Assembly: GCF_001194135.2 (NCBI RefSeq)
Contig: NC_068988.1
Span: 3,162,754-3,213,490 of the forward strand
DNA: 50,737 nucleotides
Direction of reading: 5' to 3'
Origin: Octopus bimaculoides
Lineage: Eukaryota
Part shown: piece after piece, positions 1 through 12,281 of the stretch
Layout of the letters: each line of letters begins with the position of its first letter
Position numbering within the stretch: the stretch's first letter is position 1
Notes under the pieces: generated by a model
Told to the model about the DNA's origin: nothing
Databases searched by the model: none
The model's input: the letters and a program-made list of their open reading frames with translations, nothing else
Program-made: the position numbers and the translations under genes

Positions 1-148
1 TATATATATATATATGTATATATATATACATAGACATACATACATACATACATACATACATGCATACGTACATACATACATACATACATACATACATACA
101 TACATACATACATACATACAAACATACATACTTACACACATATATACG
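1..148. repeat. (TA)n/(TACA)n microsatellite
   Basis: Direct tandem TA then TACA units. Confidence 0.95.
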
Positions 149-1020
149 CATAAAGAAGGACCAAGAATGTAGTGGTGTTGCAGCAGGTCATGTGATGACG
201 TTTTTTTTTTGTCCCCTGACCCTGTCAGATAACTTGTTCTGATGATGTCTAATGACTGGAAATATTTCTTTCACTCAGTCATAAGTGGAAAGTCCTTGTC
301 AGAGGCCTCCAGCTCTTTCTTAATTCTGAATAGGAAGCAGCTGATCAGCTTCAAATCACCAAGGTTAGCAGTTAGAGCCATGTGCATAACATGCTATTAA
401 ATTTCTGTGCAGATTGGTATTTGCCATGTCGGAGCAATAGATACATTTCAGAGAGCAACAGGAAAGTTAAAATTTAGTGCTGGTCGAGTAACATTACATT
501 TAGCCCTTTTCTATTAATGGATAAACAAATTTTATTCCAAAACACACAGTGGAGCTCATTATGAATATGTACGTGTATATCTTTCACGGACTTATGGCAG
601 CAAAAAAAAAATAGACACTTGTGAAAACACAGATAAACAGGTACTTCTCAAACAAAGATACCTTGTGTGGCATTTGTTCCACCCGGGTTATATAAGCACT
701 CTATCATCACTTTCAACATCATATATGCTATAAACCACTGATTGGCCCATTGGAAAACCTGCAACCAATAATGCTATTGTTCACAAAATGCGATATAAAA
801 TAAATAAATACTCTATACCATAGTTTAAATTCTGCCTGAATCAAATTTGCTTTTCATCAATCTGACAGTGATAAAATAAAGAAGCATTCAACTGTAAACC
901 TATGTCTATTATAAGTAGTCCTGTGGGTAATAAAGTTTCCATATAAATCATTGTTATTTATCTCATAATACATGCTGAACACTGCAATAAAATGTAACAC
1001 ATCTCATAACGCATAGTGTG

Positions 1021-1023
1021 AGA

Positions 1024-1080
<57 letters not shown>
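1021..1080. repeat. (GA)n microsatellite running into a gap
   Basis: Pure GA repeat. Confidence 0.95.
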
Positions 1081-1488
1081 NNNNNNNNNNNNNNNNNNNN
1101 NNNNNNNNNNNNNNNNNNNNNNNNNNNNNNNNNNNNNNNNNNNNNNNNNNNNNNNNNNNNNNNNNNNNNNNNNNNNNNNNNNNNNNNNNNNNNNNNNNNN
1201 NNNNNNNNNNNNNNNNNNNNNNNNNNNNNNNNNNNNNNNNNNNNNNNNNNNNNNNNNNNNNNNNNNNNNNNNNNNNNNNNNNNNNNNNNNNNNNNNNNNN
1301 NNNNNNNNNNNNNNNNNNNNNNNNNNNNNNNNNNNNNNNNNNNNNNNNNNNNNNNNNNNNNNNNNNNNNNNNNNNNNNNNNNNNNNNNNNNNNNNNNNNN
1401 NNNNNNNNNNNNNNNNNNNNNNNNNNNNNNNNNNNNNNNNNNNNNNNNNNNNNNNNNNNNNNNNNNNNNNNNNNNNNNNNNNNNNNNN
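1081..1488. other. Assembly gap
   Basis: N run between (GA)n and (TA)n tracts. Confidence 0.99.
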
Positions 1489-1523
<35 letters not shown>

Positions 1524-1555
1524 TACATACACATGTATGTATGTATATATTATCT

Positions 1556-1744
1556 TCATCATCATTATCATTATCATCATTTAACGTTCGTTTTCCATGC
1601 TGGCATGGGTTGGACTGTTTGAGAAGAGCTAGCAAGCCAGAGAGCAGCATCAGGTTCCATTTGTCTGGTTTCTATGGCTGGATGCCCTTCCTAGCACTAA
1701 TCACTTTACAGAGTGTACTGGATGCTTTTTATGTGACATCAGTA
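1556..1744 (-). mobile_element. RTE-type retroelement 3' tail (variant)
   Basis: (CAT)n tail, then tttaacgttcgttttccatgctggcatgggttgga ... ggctggatgcccttcct; same motifs as the 3' end of the RTE LINE at 28601-29772. Confidence 0.8.
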
Positions 1745-1989
1745 TACACAAACGTACACACACACACATACACACATTTTGGCCTTATTTGGACTGGTTG
1801 TTATGATTCTGCTTCTCCCTTAGATGTATCGAGGGACACTAACTTGCTCATAGGTTTCACTTTTAACTTAGTTGCTCTCATGGGATGCCCTTCTCAACAT
1901 CAACCAGAGGGTACTGGGTGCATTTTTTCCTGCCATCAACATCAAAATTATCAGGAGCTACTAACGAGGCCAATGTTGTCACCTCGACA

Positions 1990-2268
1990 TCCTCATCATC
2001 GTCATTTAATGTTGGCTTTCAATGATGGCATGGGTTGGAAGGTTGACTGATAACTGGCAAGCTGCACCAGGCTCTAATCTGATCTGGTAAGGTTTCTAAA
2101 GCTGAATGGTCTTCCTATCGCCGACCACTCCTAGAGTGTAGTGGGTGTTTTTACATGCCACCGACACAGGAGCCAGTCAGGCAGCACTGGTATCAGCCAT
2201 GCTCGGATGGTGCTTTTTATGTGCCACCAGCACAAGTGCCAGTCAGGCGGCACTTGCACTGGTCACAA
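1990..2268 (-). mobile_element. RTE LINE 3' UTR fragment with about 2 copies of the ~64-bp subrepeat
   Basis: Aligns with 28601-28870 (gctgcaccaggctctaatctgat..., gtgtagtgggtgtttttacatgccacc...). Confidence 0.85.
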
Positions 2269-3044
2269 ATACATACATTTACATATATGTAAACCCCTTT
2301 CCCAAGGTGCCCTCTGGTGGGTGCAGAATCAGAAATGACAAGGAGTCAAGAAGTAGAATTGTTAACTCCACAGCCATACATGCACCAAATGTTGCTTGTG
2401 AAAGAAAGACTGCTTTGCAAGCAGAATCTTCTGAGTTTGAGAAGCTGTTTTGTTTTCTCATCCGTCAGAAATGTTGTGAACCAATGATTGGTCCATTGGA
2501 AACCTGTAACCAACGATGTTTTGTCCATAGATTCTGATGTAAAATATATAAACAAACAAGTATAACAGATTTGGAATGTTTTGCATATTGTGACAGTTCC
2601 TCTGACAAGCTGGAAGAAGTCCACTGTGTGAGTATCAATCGATTTCTCTTGAGGTACAGACTTTCAAAATTGCTGTTCAAATATTTTGTCACCAAGCCAA
2701 GTGACCCACCTATATAAGTGCATGTATATAGATTCACATATTAAATATCTTTGTTTACTAACCAAAGGAAACAATACTGAATTTGTAGCATAGATTTTAT
2801 ATTTATTAAGAGTAAATGATGATTCATTGCTGATACTTAATAAATATATTGATGTATTTGTTTAGATTTTTTAGTTTATTCTTAAAAAGTGAAGAAGAAG
2901 CAACATAATTACTTTTCCTACCAAAACTACTTTTATTCACTTCTGAGATTTAATATATAAATTTTATACGTGTTTTACTCTCTTCCCAACTGATTAAGAT
3001 ATGCTTTCTTCACTTTCTTATGTACTCATCACTCCTGTTACCAC

Positions 3045-3360
3045 AACATTAAGACCTCTCTTTTCCATGCCTGCATATAGATCAGGTGGGATTCATTGAG
3101 GCAAATTTTCTACACTTGGGCACCCTTCCAGTTGCCAACCCTTATCTGTTTCCAACAAAGGTAATATTTTTTCTTGACCAGACATGGTTTTCATGGAAGA
3201 CCGGAAGTGAAAATGACAATGCTTGCATGACAGTGGCACTTGCTTACAACTATCATGTGATGTCAAGACAGGGTGACACACACACGATAGGTTTCTTTCA
3301 GTTTCCATCAACCAAGGCCTTGGTCAGCCCAGGACTACAGTAAAAAACATTTGCGCTCAA
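3045..3360 (-). mobile_element. tRNA/CORE-like SINE, partial head plus tail type B
   Basis: gtttctttcagtttccatcaaccaaggccttggtcagccc matches the head of the 27619-28015 element; cccttccagttgccaaccctt and accagacatggttttcatggaaga are shared with the copies at 10541 and 26430. Confidence 0.7.
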
Positions 3361-3497
3361 GTTGTCACTGCAAGGGAATGATCTACTAATTACAAAGTGC
3401 AGAAAAGAAATTTGCATCAAGGGTTCAAACCGAGGTCCAAACGTTTTTGGAAACAATGTTGCTTTTTTTCAATCTCAATATTAAAACAAACACAGGT

Positions 3498-3509
3498 ATG
3501 ATAATAATA

Positions 3510-3559
<50 letters not shown>

Positions 3560-3585
3560 AATAACAATAATAATAATAATAATAA
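3498..3585. repeat. Compound (TGA)n/(TAA)n microsatellite
   Basis: Direct tandem trinucleotides. Confidence 0.95.
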
Positions 3586-3692
3586 CAGCAAACCACAGCA
3601 CATACCCAAGGCACACAGATCTGCGCTCGGTAGTGAAGTGAAAGCACGCTATAAAAATAAAACTACTGAATAATAATGATAATAATAATAAT
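3586..3692 (+). mobile_element. 5'-truncated retroelement 3' end with (TAA)n tail
   Basis: catacccaaggcacac...gcgctcggtagtgaagtgaaagcacgctataaaaataaaactactgaataataat; a GC-richer block embedded in TAA repeats. Recognised from memory as a recurrent cephalopod repeat; family not assigned. Confidence 0.5.
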
Positions 3693-5322
3693 TTGCCTCA
3701 TTCATTTTGGCAATGAAGTTTTTCAAGAGGATATTCAAAGTGTTTTTGTTGCTGCACATAAATTTTAGGGGATGTGCTTGCACTCCTTTACCCCTAGTTC
3801 TCTGCTTTTAACTAACCAATTATTTATCCATGATTATATCTGTTAATGCGAACTTATAATTCAGGAATTTAACCTGATGTTTTGCATCGGCTTTCTGGGA
3901 ATATTGTGTTTTTTTTACTAACCTTTAATGTGATAATCACTTTTAGAACTTTATTATTTTACTGCTGCCAAATTATGAAGAGCATCAATGATTCTGTGGA
4001 TGAGCTTAGATTTCTAATCATAATGCAAAAGCTTCCATTCTCCATCAACTGACTGCAGATTTCCCATCACCATTCTTAATAGTAGCCTTTTATACTAATA
4101 GCAAAAATCAGTTGAAAAACCAAACCTCACAACATCAGCCTGTTGTTTTGTTTCTTTGTGTTTTTATTGAGAAACACGTGTCTGTTTATGTCAGTATTTG
4201 ATGCACTCTTCAATAGAAATAACACTAAAAATATTCATTAATATCAGTTGTTCAGACTCAGGCTTGGGTTGTGTTGTGTAAACATACATTAAGGTGATGT
4301 CTGTAATTATTATAATCAGGTCATGCTTAGAGATATGCAATTCTTTATTGACATATTTTGGCATTTACTAATGCTATGTTGTATGTTCCGTACCACTTTG
4401 ACAAACTGCTGTCTATTATCACAATTTGATGTTCAAGAGACACCTCTAGTTTGTCAGTTTATGAGATACTTACCAGCTCTTATGAGCTGTGTTTGGCTGA
4501 GTCATATTTATGAAAAATTCTTCTATTTAATGTGCAACTAAAAAATGGTATGCTGTGTAAATTTTTTTCCCAGGAAAATATTTAGATAATTTTAGCCTAT
4601 ATCTCATGGGGCCATAAATTTGAACACTACTTTTAATCATAAGTTGCAGAATTGTAAAAACAACACTAAATTTGGCCATATAGCAGCATGATTCTACAAA
4701 TTATTGCCAGTTACAAATAAAATATATTTTTCTCATGAGCAATTTTATTTCCCTGCATAACATATGTGTATAGGCCTATGAACACTACTTAAAAGAACAC
4801 TGGAGCAATAAGCAGTCATTCATCTCAGCTGATAAACTGATATACTCCTCCCAATCTATGCTCCTGTCAATATCTAACATAAAGGATAAACACACACACA
4901 CACACAATGTTTTATTAACAAGTAGAATAGTCTTCTTCCAGAACTTGCCTGAGAGAGGTATACAGAGAGGGCTAGATGTGATGCCATCATATTCTGAATA
5001 TGTTTGATAGTTCCCTTACAACTTACATAATATTGTTTTCATCTTATCAAATGCTTCAAGAATGGTGCTTGTCACTCATAAAAAAACTGCTCAAACTCAC
5101 CTAAGACCTCCACTGGAATCTTGTTTTGTTATTAGTAAGTCTATTAATGTCACTATTGTTGTAAAAGTTGTAGGCAATTGTCAGTGTCTTTATTTCCCTG
5201 TCAAATGGAACAGATTTCCTTGAGTGACTACTAGAATTTTGCCAATGTTTGTTAATACTGATAGCAAGACTTTAAAGGCACTGTATGAGTATTGATTTGT
5301 TATACATACATGTGTATATATA

Positions 5323-6241
5323 NNNNNNNNNNNNNNNNNNNNNNNNNNNNNNNNNNNNNNNNNNNNNNNNNNNNNNNNNNNNNNNNNNNNNNNNNNNNNN
5401 NNNNNNNNNNNNNNNNNNNNNNNNNNNNNNNNNNNNNNNNNNNNNNNNNNNNNNNNNNNNNNNNNNNNNNNNNNNNNNNNNNNNNNNNNNNNNNNNNNNN
5501 NNNNNNNNNNNNNNNNNNNNNNNNNNNNNNNNNNNNNNNNNNNNNNNNNNNNNNNNNNNNNNNNNNNNNNNNNNNNNNNNNNNNNNNNNNNNNNNNNNNN
5601 NNNNNNNNNNNNNNNNNNNNNNNNNNNNNNNNNNNNNNNNNNNNNNNNNNNNNNNNNNNNNNNNNNNNNNNNNNNNNNNNNNNNNNNNNNNNNNNNNNNN
5701 NNNNNNNNNNNNNNNNNNNNNNNNNNNNNNNNNNNNNNNNNNNNNNNNNNNNNNNNNNNNNNNNNNNNNNNNNNNNNNNNNNNNNNNNNNNNNNNNNNNN
5801 NNNNNNNNNNNNNNNNNNNNNNNNNNNNNNNNNNNNNNNNNNNNNNNNNNNNNNNNNNNNNNNNNNNNNNNNNNNNNNNNNNNNNNNNNNNNNNNNNNNN
5901 NNNNNNNNNNNNNNNNNNNNNNNNNNNNNNNNNNNNNNNNNNNNNNNNNNNNNNNNNNNNNNNNNNNNNNNNNNNNNNNNNNNNNNNNNNNNNNNNNNNN
6001 NNNNNNNNNNNNNNNNNNNNNNNNNNNNNNNNNNNNNNNNNNNNNNNNNNNNNNNNNNNNNNNNNNNNNNNNNNNNNNNNNNNNNNNNNNNNNNNNNNNN
6101 NNNNNNNNNNNNNNNNNNNNNNNNNNNNNNNNNNNNNNNNNNNNNNNNNNNNNNNNNNNNNNNNNNNNNNNNNNNNNNNNNNNNNNNNNNNNNNNNNNNN
6201 NNNNNNNNNNNNNNNNNNNNNNNNNNNNNNNNNNNNNNNNN
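5323..6241. other. Assembly gap
   Basis: N run. Confidence 0.99.
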
Positions 6242-6810
6242 GATAAATAGATATACACATATACATATACATACATATAAATGATATTGAACACACATAC
6301 ACAACGTATGTGTTTTCCCACTTTATGGTCAGTTTATAAGCATGAGAGAAAATCTTCTTCTCAATACATATATTTTAAGAAAGAGGAGGTAGTCAGGATT
6401 TAGATAAAAGGAATTTATTTAGCACTTTCAAAGCTTTCAGGAATTCATCATGACTTCTTCCTTTTTCTAAATCTATAAAACATGTACACTACTTCAAACA
6501 ATTTATACACACACTCACATTCACAAACACCCATATATACATATATATTTTTATACACATACACACACACATGTATACATATGTGTGTGTGTGTATTCTT
6601 CTTTCTTTTATTTGTTTCAGTCATTTGACTGCGGCCATGGTGGAGCACCGCCTTTAGTCCAGCAAATCGACCACAGGACTTATTCTTTGTAAGCCTAGTA
6701 CTTATTCTATCAGCCTCTCTTGCTGAACTGCTAAGTGACAGGGACATAAACACACCAGCATCGGTTGTCAAGCAAGGTTGTGGGGTACAAACACATACAT
6801 ACATATATAT

Positions 6811-7354
6811 ATCATCATCATCATCATCATTGTTTAACGTCCGCTTTCCATGCTAGCATGGGTTGGACGATTTGACTGAGGACTGGCGAACCAGATGGCT
6901 GCACCAGGATCCAATCTGATCTGGCAGAGTTTCTACAGCTGGATGCCCTTCCTAACGCCAACCACTCCGAGAGTGTAGTGGGTGNNNNNNNNNNTTCTAC
7001 AGCTGGATGCCCTTCCTAACGCCAACCACTCCGAGAGTGTAGTGGGTGCTTTTACGTCCCACTGGCACAAGGGTCAATCAGGTGGTACTAGCAACAGCCA
7101 TGCTCAAATGGTGTTTTTTACGTGCCACCTGCACAGGAGCCAGTCCAGCGGCACTGGCAACGACCTCGCTCGAATGTCGTTTTGTGCCACTGGCACAAGT
7201 GCCAGTAAAGCAACGCTGGTAACAATTATGCTCAAAAGGTGTTTTTTACGTGCCACCAGCACGGGAGTCAGACAGCTGCTCCGGCAATGATCACGCTCAG
7301 ATGGTGTTGTTAGCGCTCCACTGGCACGGGTGCCAGTCATCGAATTTGGTTCGA

Positions 7355-7358
<4 letters not shown>
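6811..7358 (-). mobile_element. RTE LINE 3' UTR with about 4.5 copies of a ~64-bp subrepeat, nested in a SINE
   Basis: (CAT)n tail, tttaacgtccgctttccatgctagcatgggttggacg, ctacagctggatgcccttcctaacgccaaccac; matches 28601-28870. Confidence 0.9.
6985..6994. other. 10-N gap flanked by an exact 54-bp duplication
   Basis: 6931-6984 is identical to 6995-7048. Confidence 0.95.
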
Positions 7359-7425
<67 letters not shown>

Positions 7426-10400
7426 CGACAGGCTTCTTTCATTTTCCATCTACCAAATCCTCTCGCAAGGCTTTGGTCAGCCTGAGGCAATAGTAGAAGA
7501 CACTTGTCCAAGGTGCCACGCAGTGGGACTGAACCTGGAACCATGTGGTTAGTAAGCAAGCTACTTATCCCACAGCCACTCCTGTATGTATATGAATATA
7601 TATTTTTCCAATTATTCCAATAAATTTATAATTTTAATTGTCCCACAAAACAAGAATTATAGAGAGTCCATTGATATAACAGTTTGACAAAAGCAAATTC
7701 TATTCCACCATCAGAAGAATATGAGATTTAATTGGTCCACTTGATTTGTGTGTGCTTAATGTGTGGCATGAGACTTGGCAGATATTATTTGCATCACAAG
7801 AAGTTTAATAATGTAAACAAGTCAAAAAAATAATGATCTGACCACTATAAAATTTAATTGCATAAATGCTATTTATTAACAAAAATACAGAAATAAATAA
7901 ATAAAAATGCTAATAAAAAAGAACACAAAAAGAGGAATGAAGTAGAAGCTTGTCTGAATATCTTAGAGAAATGTTCATGAGGTTTCTTGTATTATTGGTA
8001 AACATAAAAATTCTGTTAATAAAATTGGAGTTACTCTGCAAATATTTTCTTAAATAAATAAATTTTCATCAAATAAATAAATTTCATTTTCAGTTGCCAC
8101 AACCTGCAGAGCAATTTTGAAATTGCAGAATGTCGTCTCTGCTTTCATAAACAGCATAAAATGTTAGAATTAGACAATAAGTTCTCTACCAGCTCGGTGT
8201 TATAGAATAATCTATGAGACAAAAATAGTTCCTCACATTTTTCAGAATAGAACCAAAAGCAATATGTTTTAATCTTTGGGATAAAGGAGCCAATAATGAA
8301 TAGAGGAGGGTTTGTGTTTGGAAGTGATAGTCAGGCTCCATTCAGGCCTCTATCCCTGGGTCATAGATCTGCATAGATTGCGGGTAACTAATAATTCAAA
8401 CAAGAACATTGCATTACCATCTTGTTAGTCTCTGTGTCTCCATATGTAAGAACTTTTTTTGCTGTATGTATCTATCAAATTCTATCAATATATCAATCTC
8501 CATAACAGCATATCTGTTTGTCTAGCTGTCTGCTAATCTACTTATCAATCAATAGAACATAAAACCAATTCCTGTTATTCTCTCTACCTTTGTCTCTTCC
8601 ACATATACATTCATTTAGAATTAGAATTATTCTCATTGTTTATTTAATTTCACCCCTATTATTTTCATTTTCAATACCACTAGATGTATATAGCTGCCTC
8701 TATCATGACCCTGATCTTCCCCCTTTTCTTTCTTCTTCTTCTTTTAATCAAACATTCCTTCTCTATTTCTCATTCCCAACAAGAATAATAGCTTCTTCTA
8801 ACAGCTGAATTGTTTTCAGAAAAACTTGAATAAGAAGCTCTTCAATAAGTATTTTTCTAAGCCAATCTTTGTTACAATTACAGCAGCCTTGATTTTATAT
8901 AAAAGACAATGTAGAGCAATTTTCAATTCCTATGGAAAGCTTGTTTCCATTTCTGCTTAGCAACACTGAATGTAATAATAGCATTCTGTTTCCTCTTTGC
9001 CAAAATAGAGATCAATTCTGTGTCTTGGCTTTGAAATTATGTTTGGTTGTAAGTGATATTTTTTCAATTAAACTGACAACTTTTAATTATTTGTGTTGAA
9101 CAAGAACCCAGAAATAGACAATCTGTTAAACTTTACTCTTTGATTCTAAGCCACCTTTTTATCGAACAACGTAATGCTTCATCTTTTCTAATTAAACAAA
9201 TTTTATTGGCTCTAAATCTGTAGAAGACTTGACTTATTATTAAAAGCTTCCAAATTAGTCTGTCATGCTAAACTATATTTTGATTTACTTAAGTATATTC
9301 ACTATGTCTGCATGCAGATAAATTACTCTGTTGATCTTATACATTCTTATCAGGATTTCTTCATTTCATCAGAGTTACTATACAAACTTAACATGAAGCT
9401 GACACTTGTTAATGGGATACCATTATATTCCTTAAAGGGGTGCTTCTCTTAATACTGTCTACTCATATCGTCAGATGGCCACTTGAGTATTATTTCAATG
9501 ACTAAATGGATGAATTATGTAAACGTGTCCAGTTTCTGTATTGACTCAGACAGCAACTCTCAAGTTTACAATATTTTCATACAGAGAATAATATCCACAT
9601 CATAATAAATTGCCCTAACACACCACCCCTAGAGATCATTTCAACATACACAATGAACATAGAATATTTAAATTTAAAGAGCCGAGATATATCTAATGGC
9701 CACATTTCAGAGTTGCAGTCAGTATCTTCTCTCACAGCTTATACAGCAGAACCAACCATTAAAAAAAAAAACCTAGACACATTAGTTACACATTTAAAAT
9801 GATTACAATACCTTGCTAAAATTCTCGATCTCTGTCTGTCTGTTTGTCTTTTTTCTGTCTACCTGCTTTTCTATCTCTCCATCCAATGTTTACAAACTCA
9901 AACCAACAAATGAAATAAAATAGCCACAACAAAAATCATTTTCCAAATCTTCTAAAAACAGAAAAAAAAACACTTCTGTAAGGCAGAGTCTGTCATGCCT
10001 TTCCTACAGTAGTCACCTTGAAAGCTATTGATTGGATTGAAAACATGCTTGGCAGTAAATTGAAAGAGATGTATTATAACTGCTACTTTAATGTAATCCA
10101 AACATACAAACATAAATGGTAAAATATGTTGTTTAGTCACATACCAAGATGGAATATAACAGACTCGGTGAGCTAAAACTATGTTTTTCTAGCAAACATT
10201 TGATCAGTTCCATTAATGCTTTGGTGAACTACTTAAGAAAATTTCATTCAAGATATTAGCAATAAAAAAATAAAAATGAATTCTTTGGTAGTACATTTCG
10301 TGAATAACAACCATTTCTAGTTTACCTGTTTCACCATCTTTTGAATTATAATTTCTAGAAATCAACAGCTTGCAGTATTTTGTGGTATTTTACAAAACAT

Positions 10401-10540
10401 CATGAATCTATATTTAGTAAAGAATATCTTAAGAAGCACATTTATTTTGATTTCTTCAAACTCAAGCAAATAAAACTGAAGCAGGAGATTTTGTGCCATT
10501 ATTAATCAAAGTAAACCGTCAACAGGTTATTTTTACTTTG

Positions 10541-10978
10541 GCACAGATATGGCCACATGGCTAAGATGTTTACTGCTTGCAATCCTGTGGTTTGGGATTC
10601 AGTTTCACAGTATGGAGCCTTGAGAAAAGGTCATCCATTATAGCCTAGGACCAATACGGAAAGAAGCCCATTGTATGTGTATGTGTATAGAGGCTTGTAA
10701 GTGTGTGTGTGTGTGTGCACATTATTGCATTTATATGCATGTGCACATTATTGCATTTGTGTGTGTGTTGTTGGTGTCTTATTTTTGTTTTGACAGATTG
10801 CACACTGATTGGAAACAAAGACACAGTTCCTATAAACATTGTCATTGTTTGTAAGCTTCCATGAAAACATGTCTGACCATTTTGTTGTTTGTTGTGAGAA
10901 GAACTAAGGGAAATATTGCCTTGGATGGAAGCAGATGATGGTGGATGACAGGAAGAGCATTCAGCCGTCAAAAAAAGA
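10541..10978 (+). mobile_element. Degenerate tRNA/CORE-like SINE with tail type B
   Basis: Head remnant ending ggaaagaagcccattgtatgtg, internal (TG)n, then cttccatgaaaacatgtctgacc...gacaggaagagcattcagccgt. Confidence 0.6.
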
Positions 10979-11035
10979 GGTTCTTCTGACTCTGACACTA
11001 TGGATGGTGATGATGATGATGACAATGATGACAGT

Positions 11036-11225
<190 letters not shown>

Positions 11226-11767
11226 CAGTTACCAAAATGATAAAGATGAAATGACCAATATTTGAAAGTGACCAAAATTGAAAATAATTAACTGATACAA
11301 TACATCAGAGAAATGTAACAAGACAAATTGATAATATGCCAACCTTCTTATTAAAGGGTCAAACATACACATTCCTGGCAAGTACAATCAACTTTCAATG
11401 GGGGGGGGGCAGTCTCTTTCTCTCTCTATCTCTCTCAGTCTAAATAAGCTGTTAGTTGGTACATCTTTGTCATGCATTTGTGAACAATTGTGTGGTTTGG
11501 TGCTAGGTTTTGCTCAGCCAATCACTGGGTTATTTCTTTCTGCACCAACAATTGTCATTTGTTATCTGCAGTGTGCTTATTAACAAACTTTAATTTATTT
11601 CAGGGGTCTAAATGCTATCCCAGTTTTTATCAGAAGAATGTTTAACTAAATCAATAAAGTTATAATCATATCAAATAGGTTTAGATACTGGACACAAGAG
11701 ACATTCATGCATATCTAATCAACCTTTTTTAAGTCATTGGTCAACCAGGCTCAAATAAATCCCAATT

Positions 11768-11910
11768 ACAATCTTCCAAGAAAACATGTCTGGCTATTGA
11801 GTTGTTCATTGCTGGAGGGAATTGAGAAAATGATTACCTTGCTTGGGAAAAGGTGAGAGTTGGTAACAAGAAGAATGTCCAGTCTCAGGAAATCAGCTTC
11901 AAACAATTTT
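11768..11910 (+). mobile_element. SINE tail type B fragment
   Basis: atcttccaagaaaacatgtctggc...attaccttgcttgggaaaaggtgagagttggtaacaagaag resembles the tail of the 3045, 10541 and 26430 copies. Confidence 0.55.
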
Positions 11911-12281
11911 CTTTTCTCCATGTAAGTACCGGTGCTATAGTATAAGACACTTCTCCAACATGTCACTCAACTGGATTGAATTGAAACACATGTGACTGCA
12001 AAGCAAACTTCTTTAATTACATGATCATGCCTGCAATTATATTAAAATAAACTTCTAAAAGAAGTAAATTAATGGCTTACTATCATTATTTTATCCCCAA
12101 CCATACTAAACCCAACCTTTGTGACAGATATAACACTTGTTTCTCTATCTCCAGCCACCCACCACATCTGTCTGATGGTGACGATTTTCATTGCACTTCT
12201 GCTAATCTAATTTACTACATTAAACGCCTCCATGCATATATGTATATATGTATACTTATACACACACACATATCTATATAT

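Larger units (their letters stand above)
6595..7586 (-). mobile_element. tRNA/CORE-like SINE (head plus tail type A), split by a nested insertion in its internal microsatellite
   Basis: Tail at 6595-6810 (gtttcagtcatttgactgcggccatgg..ggagcacc) and head at 7425-7586 (cacttgtccaaggtgccacgcagtgggactgaacctggaaccatgtgg) both align collinearly with the intact copy at 27619-28015. Confidence 0.9.

Noticed and set aside
150-520. Possible degenerate transposase on the - strand (..LGDLKLISCFLFRIKKELEASDKDFPLM..)
   Set aside because: Multiple stops and no motif I can assign.
820-880. aaattctgcctgaatcaaatttgcttttcatc, like SINE family E
   Set aside because: Probably a real remnant, but too short and decayed to delimit.
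4473-4520. Strong - strand donor CTG|GTAAGT with MTQPNTAHKS upstream
   Set aside because: No convincing acceptor gives an open exon; an isolated donor is expected by chance.
958-6321. Long ORFs spanning N runs (also 34416-34692 and 41981-42880)
   Set aside because: They are open only because N codons cannot be stops; the flanks are microsatellite translations.
7046-7358. ~64-bp repeats as a possible CRISPR-like array
   Set aside because: The units are contiguous and diverged with no repeat/unique-spacer alternation, lie in a LINE 3' UTR, and there are no cas genes.
8770-9000. - strand FP*ELKIALHCLLYK resembling an RT N-terminal motif
   Set aside because: The match is only a few residues, and the expected NYRPISL motif is absent.
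10010-10070. + strand VTLKAIDWIENMLGSKLKE, reminiscent of a calponin-homology first helix
   Set aside because: No good donor, the frame runs to a stop, and no other CH exons were found.
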